Shown here piece after piece: positions 59,175 to 64,000 of a stretch of DNA of 64,000 nucleotides. Below the pieces are notes generated by a model. It was given only the letters and a program-made list of their open reading frames with translations. It was not told the origin of the DNA and did not search any database. Made by a program: the position numbers and the translations under genes. Every line of letters starts with the position of its first letter. Position 1 is the stretch's first letter. This DNA comes from Myxococcota bacterium (lineage in GTDB: Bacteria; Myxococcota_A; SURF-8): positions 768,001 to 832,000 of the forward strand of contig OZ223209.1 of NCBI GenBank assembly GCA_965140415.1. The letters are read 5' to 3'.

Positions 59175-60887
59175 CTACTTGGGTTCGTTCAGCGGACTCG
59201 GTAAGATGGGGCTGCGGCTCTTGTTTTCCCGCTTGCGCTGAATTTCCAGTTCTTCCACCAACACCGCCGGGCTGACCGTCGATACCGGCACGTAGCCCGA
59301 TTCCGCACCGCAGAATCCGTTGAACACTTCCATTTTCTTACCGGTCAACACGATCTTATTAATGGAAGTCAAAGGCGTGCCTACCAGTTCCACTCCGCGC
59401 ACCAGTTCCTCGCGTCCGTCTGGGAAGATGCGGCGCACGACATGCGGCACCACCTTGAAAGCCTGATAGCCATAGGATGAGGTGTTGGTCTGGCCGCCTT
59501 CCATGTCTTCGATCAACAGCCCGTACGGTTTACCCTGCTTGACAACCAACTCGATCAGCTTGCGCTTTAGCTCTGCGTCGTCGGTTTGGCGATCCGATTG
59601 CAGCAGCAGGTTGCTCATACGCGACATCGGTTTCTGAGTGCCGGAGGAGCGCCCGTGTCCGTTGGAAAGCGGGAAGCCTTCGATCGGGCTGCGGCTCATC
59701 AGCAGGTTCGTCAAAGTTCCTTTGTCGATCAGAGTTACCTTTTGTGCTGCAACGCCTTCCTCGTCGTAGGCATATTTCCCGGCCAGGAAGTGGTTGTTGT
59801 AATAGCCGATGGTCGGATCGTCGATCAGGTTCAGAAATTCGGGTAGGATGCGGCTGCCGACCTGTCCTTTAAAGGTGTGTCCTTCTTCATCGCTGCGCAT
59901 GCGTTCGCCCTCCAGCCGATGTCCGATGGCTTCGTGGAAGAGCACCCCGGTGGCCTGCGGCGACAGAATGGCCGGGCCGGTGTAGGGGTCCAGTAACGGC
60001 GCATGGCGTAACTGGAGCAACTCGCCGATCATCTCGTTGATTTTCGTCTTCATCTCGTTGAACGAGGGCATCCCCTGCTGATCGGGTCCGTAAAAGGCCC
60101 GATTGCCCAACAGGACCATGTCGTCTTCGGCGCGGGTTTCGGCATTGACCGACAGCGAATACAAGACCGTTTCATCCACGATGCGGCTGCCTTCGGTGTT
60201 GACGTAATAGCGAACCTGCTTTTCCGCCGTCAAACGCAGTTCCGATTGCAGAATTTCGGGATGCGCCAGAAACAGGCGGCTCAGTTTCACCAGTCGTTCT
60301 TTCCACAACGACATATCCGGCTTGAACGGAATTTTAGCTCCGGTAAAAATTGCTGGTGCTTGTTTGGAAAAACTGCCGACTTTCTCATTCGGTTTCAAGT
60401 ACACCGCTTTGCTTTTTTTCTGCTGGTACTGCGCCAGCGCTTCTTTGTAGCTGGAATCGGTCAGCAGCCAAAGGGTGTTGCGCAAGGCGGCCAGGTTGCC
60501 GTCGATGGGAGCCTGCTGCGAGATCGGTGCGCCTTCATCCAGATTGATTCCGTATAGCGGATCGAGTTCGCCGGTGTTGTCGAATTGGTAATCGCCCACG
60601 CGGACTTCAACATACAATTCCGCACTCGGAGTATGTTTGGTGCGATACAGCGAGCCGTATTTCACGAGTAGGCTGTAGGTGTCGTAGGTCTTCATCTGGT
60701 AGCTGATGAAGTACGGCGTTTCGAAATCGTCCAGTTTCAGTTTCTGTTGCGAACGCTCCAACTCGGTCTGCATCGCCCGCAGGGAGGATTGGCGGGCATC
60801 CTGTTTGGCAGCCAGTGACACAGGTGCGAGGAAAACGAGCAGTGCGAATAACGCAAATACGTTGAAACGGCAGGAGCTTTGTTTCAT
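59175..60887 (-). CDS. TldD/PmbA-family metallopeptidase with signal peptide
   Basis: FHEAIGHRLEG, DDPT, YDEEGV, SNGHGR, RMSNL, GFCGAESG.VPV. Confidence 0.88.
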   Translation of the reverse strand: MKQSSCRFNVFALFALLVFLAPVSLAAKQDARQSSLRAMQTELERSQQKLKLDDFETPYFISYQMKTYDTYSLLVKYGSLYRTKHTPSAELYVEVRVGDYQFDNTGELDPLYGINLDEGAPISQQAPIDGNLAALRNTLWLLTDSSYKEALAQYQQKKSKAVYLKPNEKVGSFSKQAPAIFTGAKIPFKPDMSLWKERLVKLSRLFLAHPEILQSELRLTAEKQVRYYVNTEGSRIVDETVLYSLSVNAETRAEDDMVLLGNRAFYGPDQQGMPSFNEMKTKINEMIGELLQLRHAPLLDPYTGPAILSPQATGVLFHEAIGHRLEGERMRSDEEGHTFKGQVGSRILPEFLNLIDDPTIGYYNNHFLAGKYAYDEEGVAAQKVTLIDKGTLTNLLMSRSPIEGFPLSNGHGRSSGTQKPMSRMSNLLLQSDRQTDDAELKRKLIELVVKQGKPYGLLIEDMEGGQTNTSSYGYQAFKVVPHVVRRIFPDGREELVRGVELVGTPLTSINKIVLTGKKMEVFNGFCGAESGYVPVSTVSPAVLVEELEIQRKRENKSRSPILPSPLNEPK

Positions 60888-60954
60888 ACCAACCTCTTCT
60901 GGCAAGGGAAAGTCAATGTCGGACAGGAAAGCAAACAGTCGGATCGCCAGGGAA

Positions 60955-61932
60955 TCACTTGGGGTCCGGTTCATCCGCTTCGAGTTGACCTAGCAGGCTT
61001 TGTTGGATGTAGCCGGGTCCGAGTTGATGAAAGTCGAATCGGTCTCCCTGCTTGAGCATGACCAGACCGATGAGAATGACGATTGCCGCCATCAGGAAAA
61101 TCGCGCCTTTTACAGCCAGGGCAATAAGGAAGGGGAAATCCGTTTGAACGGGGGCATGTTCGATTCGTTTGCCGGTGAATAAGCGCATATTCAGCTTGGA
61201 GGTTTTGGAATGGGTCGATTCGCTGTCATCCAGCAAGAGACCCGCGCTTTGATCCGTATCCGAAAAAACGATTTCTTCCAAGGCTTCCAGCTTGGGAGCG
61301 ATGTAAGCGGCTTTATTTTCTTTGGCGTAGAATTCATCGTTGATCGCAACTTGTTCGGCCTGTTCCGGACGAAAAGCGGCCATTGGTTCATCGGATAAGA
61401 TCGATTCGCCACCGCCTAATCCCTGTAATGGCTCGAACATTGCGCCGTTGTCTTCGGCTACTTCCATATCGACGCCGGTCCCGGAGGATCGGAACTCCTC
61501 GCCGGTTGTCATCGCATAGGTGCCGACATCGTAACAATCCGAACCACGCGACACATTCATGTCTTCGCTGGAGGCATCTTCCGGTGTCAGCTGGTTGAAC
61601 ACCGGCATGTCCTGCTGAGTCACCGCGCGTTCGCCATCTTCCTGCATCGGTGTTGTGGGCGGTTCACGATCGATCTGACTGGAAAAATCAAGTTCGGAAG
61701 CATCGTTTGATGCTTCAATCGCGACCTGCTGGAACTGCCCGGTAGGAGTGTGAGAGGCGGTGGCCTTGACATTGGAAAAATCGAGATCGCGTTCCGTTTT
61801 CTGAATGGTTTCCGGAGCTACGACCGTAAAGACATTTGCACACTTGGTGCATTTGACCTTGGCGGAACGGTTCTTGATCTTTTTTTCGTCGAATTTGAAT
61901 TTCGCCAGACAGTGGGTGCACTGGATGACCAT
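60955..61932 (-). CDS. MJ0042-type zinc-ribbon membrane protein
   Basis: CTHC...VKCTKC N-terminus, acidic linker, single C-terminal TM. Confidence 0.8.
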   Translation of the reverse strand: MVIQCTHCLAKFKFDEKKIKNRSAKVKCTKCANVFTVVAPETIQKTERDLDFSNVKATASHTPTGQFQQVAIEASNDASELDFSSQIDREPPTTPMQEDGERAVTQQDMPVFNQLTPEDASSEDMNVSRGSDCYDVGTYAMTTGEEFRSSGTGVDMEVAEDNGAMFEPLQGLGGGESILSDEPMAAFRPEQAEQVAINDEFYAKENKAAYIAPKLEALEEIVFSDTDQSAGLLLDDSESTHSKTSKLNMRLFTGKRIEHAPVQTDFPFLIALAVKGAIFLMAAIVILIGLVMLKQGDRFDFHQLGPGYIQQSLLGQLEADEPDPK

Positions 61933-61960
61933 GACTACCTCGTCTGTGGACTCCGAGCGA

Positions 61961-63001
61961 TCAGGTCTGAATGGTGCAAGCCTGGTTGCGGCCCTGACGC
62001 TTGGCCTGATAAAGCGCTTGATCGGCGGCCTCGATCACGTCCTGCTTGGACATTTTCGGTTCCTGATCGATCTTGTAGGTGGAAACACCCAAACTAACGG
62101 TCACGCGAATTTCCATGTCGGCAAACGTCACGACTTTCTTTTCGCAGGCTTCCCGTAAACGACCTGCGGTATGCATGGCATTGTCCAGGTTGGTTTCGGT
62201 CAGAATGAGTGCGAATTCTTCGCCGCCGTACCGGCAGGCATAGTCCGACCGTCTCAGGTAGCCGCGTACGACATCCGCAATGGCGCGCAGTACGCAATCA
62301 CCGGCCTGATGGCCGTAGGTGTCGTTCACTTTCTTGAAAAAGTCGATGTCCAGCATCAGCAGGCTCAGTTCCTGCTTGTAACGCAATGCACGCACCATTT
62401 CGCGATCCAGCGTTTCCTGGAAGTAGCGGTGCGTGAACAATTCGGTCAAGCCGTCGGTAATCGACAAGCGCCGGGTTTGTGCAAAAAGCTGGGCATTGGA
62501 AATGGCGGTTGCCAAATGCTCGTTGATGTTCAGTGCAATCGAGAAATCCCAGTCGTCGAATTCCGTGCCGTCGTTTTTATCGTTGATGTTGATAATACCG
62601 AGCAGTTTTTCCCCGGATTTGAGCAGGGTGATCATCGAGGACTTGGATTTATATTTGCTGCGGTTTTTAAGCCCGAATTCCTTTTCGATATCCCGAATCA
62701 GAATGGAATGGCCTCGCTGCACCGCACGGCTGAGCAACTGATTGTTATGAATCGAGATTCGCAGATCCATGTCGTGTTTCAGATCATAGTGGTTATGAGC
62801 CGCCATGACCAGTTCTTCCGTTTCCGGGCTGTACATGAAAATGGAACATTTATTGGCATTGAGCAGATTCGGGAGTCCTTCGATCGTGTGCTTGATGATC
62901 TGAGAAAGCTCCAAGGTCGAATTGATCTCTTTTGCTAGGGCATTGATGTCGGAAAGAACTTCCAGTTCTCGCGACACCTTTGAGATGGATGTGGGTTCCA
63001 A
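61961..63001 (-). CDS. GAF-GGDEF diguanylate cyclase
   Basis: DGLT, DIDFFKKVNDTYGHQAGD, I-site RRSD, RYGGEEF. Confidence 0.95.
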   Translation of the reverse strand: MEPTSISKVSRELEVLSDINALAKEINSTLELSQIIKHTIEGLPNLLNANKCSIFMYSPETEELVMAAHNHYDLKHDMDLRISIHNNQLLSRAVQRGHSILIRDIEKEFGLKNRSKYKSKSSMITLLKSGEKLLGIININDKNDGTEFDDWDFSIALNINEHLATAISNAQLFAQTRRLSITDGLTELFTHRYFQETLDREMVRALRYKQELSLLMLDIDFFKKVNDTYGHQAGDCVLRAIADVVRGYLRRSDYACRYGGEEFALILTETNLDNAMHTAGRLREACEKKVVTFADMEIRVTVSLGVSTYKIDQEPKMSKQDVIEAADQALYQAKRQGRNQACTIQT

Positions 63002-63513
63002 CGTTTATTCTCTCATCATTAAAGTATAGGTATTACCATGGTTTAGACTCGCGGCAAAGTATACTACAGATCTGCATGGCGTCAAAGTTTTTTTGGCGCG
63101 TTGCAAAATGGGAAAAAGACACCCCTTGCCTCTCCTTACACGCCAAAACTAATATTAAAAAGCTATGAATTCTATTTGAAATTTTGATTTTCGATTTTCT
63201 TAAATCTCTTGTTGGCAGTGCCTGTCATATCATGAGGAGTGAAAAGAAGTGTCTCAGGTTATAGGGACAACGAAGATTGTTTCAAGCAAGCAATCATTTC
63301 AATATGCATTGTTATTATCAAAAAATTCACTGCACGAAGACGAAGCCAGATCGTTTCCTTTAATAATTTGCACTTCCCGGCACTTAGCCATACAATACCA
63401 GATTGATCGAATTCCTGTGTCAAACGGCGGAAGTTGCATGGTAACTACCGAAAGTTTGGCGATCCAATTTGTATTGGGCTATCCAAATCGTGGAGTGGGA
63501 GTAGGGACTGCCA

Positions 63514-64000
63514 ATGGCTTATGTACCGGACAATCCGATCATCGTTCAAGGGGATCGAACCGTATTGCTGGAGGTTCACTCGCCGCTATACGCCGAGGCG
63601 CGTGATGCGCTGGCGCGTTTTGCGGAGTTGATCAAATCTCCCGAACACGTGCATACCTACAGAATTACTCCGCTTTCCATTTGGAATGCGGTTGCTGCGG
63701 GCACCGACGGTCCCCAGGTTGTCGATGATCTCAAGCGCTTCGCCAAATACGATGTCCCGGAGCATGTCCTTACCGAAGTTCGCGAGTACGCCGCCCGTTA
63801 CGGGCAGTTGATCATCGAAAAGGGAGACGATCCGGCTTTCGTGCTGTTGCGCGCGGCGGATGAATTTCTGGCCGAACAGATCGCCCGACGCAAAGAGCTG
63901 ACACCGTTTCTAAAGGAGCGGGTGGATCAGACCTCTTTCCTGGTTCCCGTCCACCAGCGTGGTCTGCTAAAGGTCGAACTCATCAAAACCGGTTGGCCGG
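63514..64000 (+). CDS. XPB/Ssl2-type helicase (N-terminal part, runs off the window)
   Basis: Not in the ORF track. MAYVPDNPIIVQGDRTVLLEVHS..FAELIKSPEHVHTYRITPLSIWNA matches the bacterial XPB N-terminal domain pattern. Confidence 0.88.
   Translation, partial: MAYVPDNPIIVQGDRTVLLEVHSPLYAEARDALARFAELIKSPEHVHTYRITPLSIWNAVAAGTDGPQVVDDLKRFAKYDVPEHVLTEVREYAARYGQLIIEKGDDPAFVLLRAADEFLAEQIARRKELTPFLKERVDQTSFLVPVHQRGLLKVELIKTGWP

Noticed and set aside
63249-63631. Two short plus-strand ORFs before the helicase
   Set aside because: No motifs; they overlap the better-supported helicase frame starting at 63514.

Overview
Chromosomal window from a Gram-negative deltaproteobacterium-like organism. A Myxococcota-like lineage is inferred from a MYXO-CTERM-type sorting tail, a Ser/Thr kinase/FHA-enhancer-binding module and Cys-rich lipoproteins. 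In order: flagellar flgFGAHIJ operon and a divergent orphan fliJ, each with a sigma-54 site; a NosL/ABC/Cys-His membrane-protein cluster with no nosZ nearby; metallophosphoesterase; modA-like, ribH, nusB, M17-N-like and a tiny TatA-like ORF; membrane glycosyltransferase; multi-PAS hybrid kinase; a glycerolipid operon with a catalytically degenerate GpsA; a large surface lipoprotein; an acyltransferase; a 4.3-kb AT-richer insert bounded by a 53-bp direct repeat of the kamE 3' end (two orphan surface proteins, no integrase); the kdd-kamABCDE lysine cluster; an amino-deoxysugar pathway; two CrtI-family genes resembling C30 enzymes; a kinase-TPR-FHA/EBP-lipoprotein module; TldD, zinc-ribbon, GGDEF and XPB-type helicase genes. 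Several small palindromic repeat families sit in intergenic regions, including a diverged ~190-bp element present twice. No rRNA, tRNA, CRISPR array, transposase or integrase was recognised. All calls rest on visual motif recognition; no searches were run.
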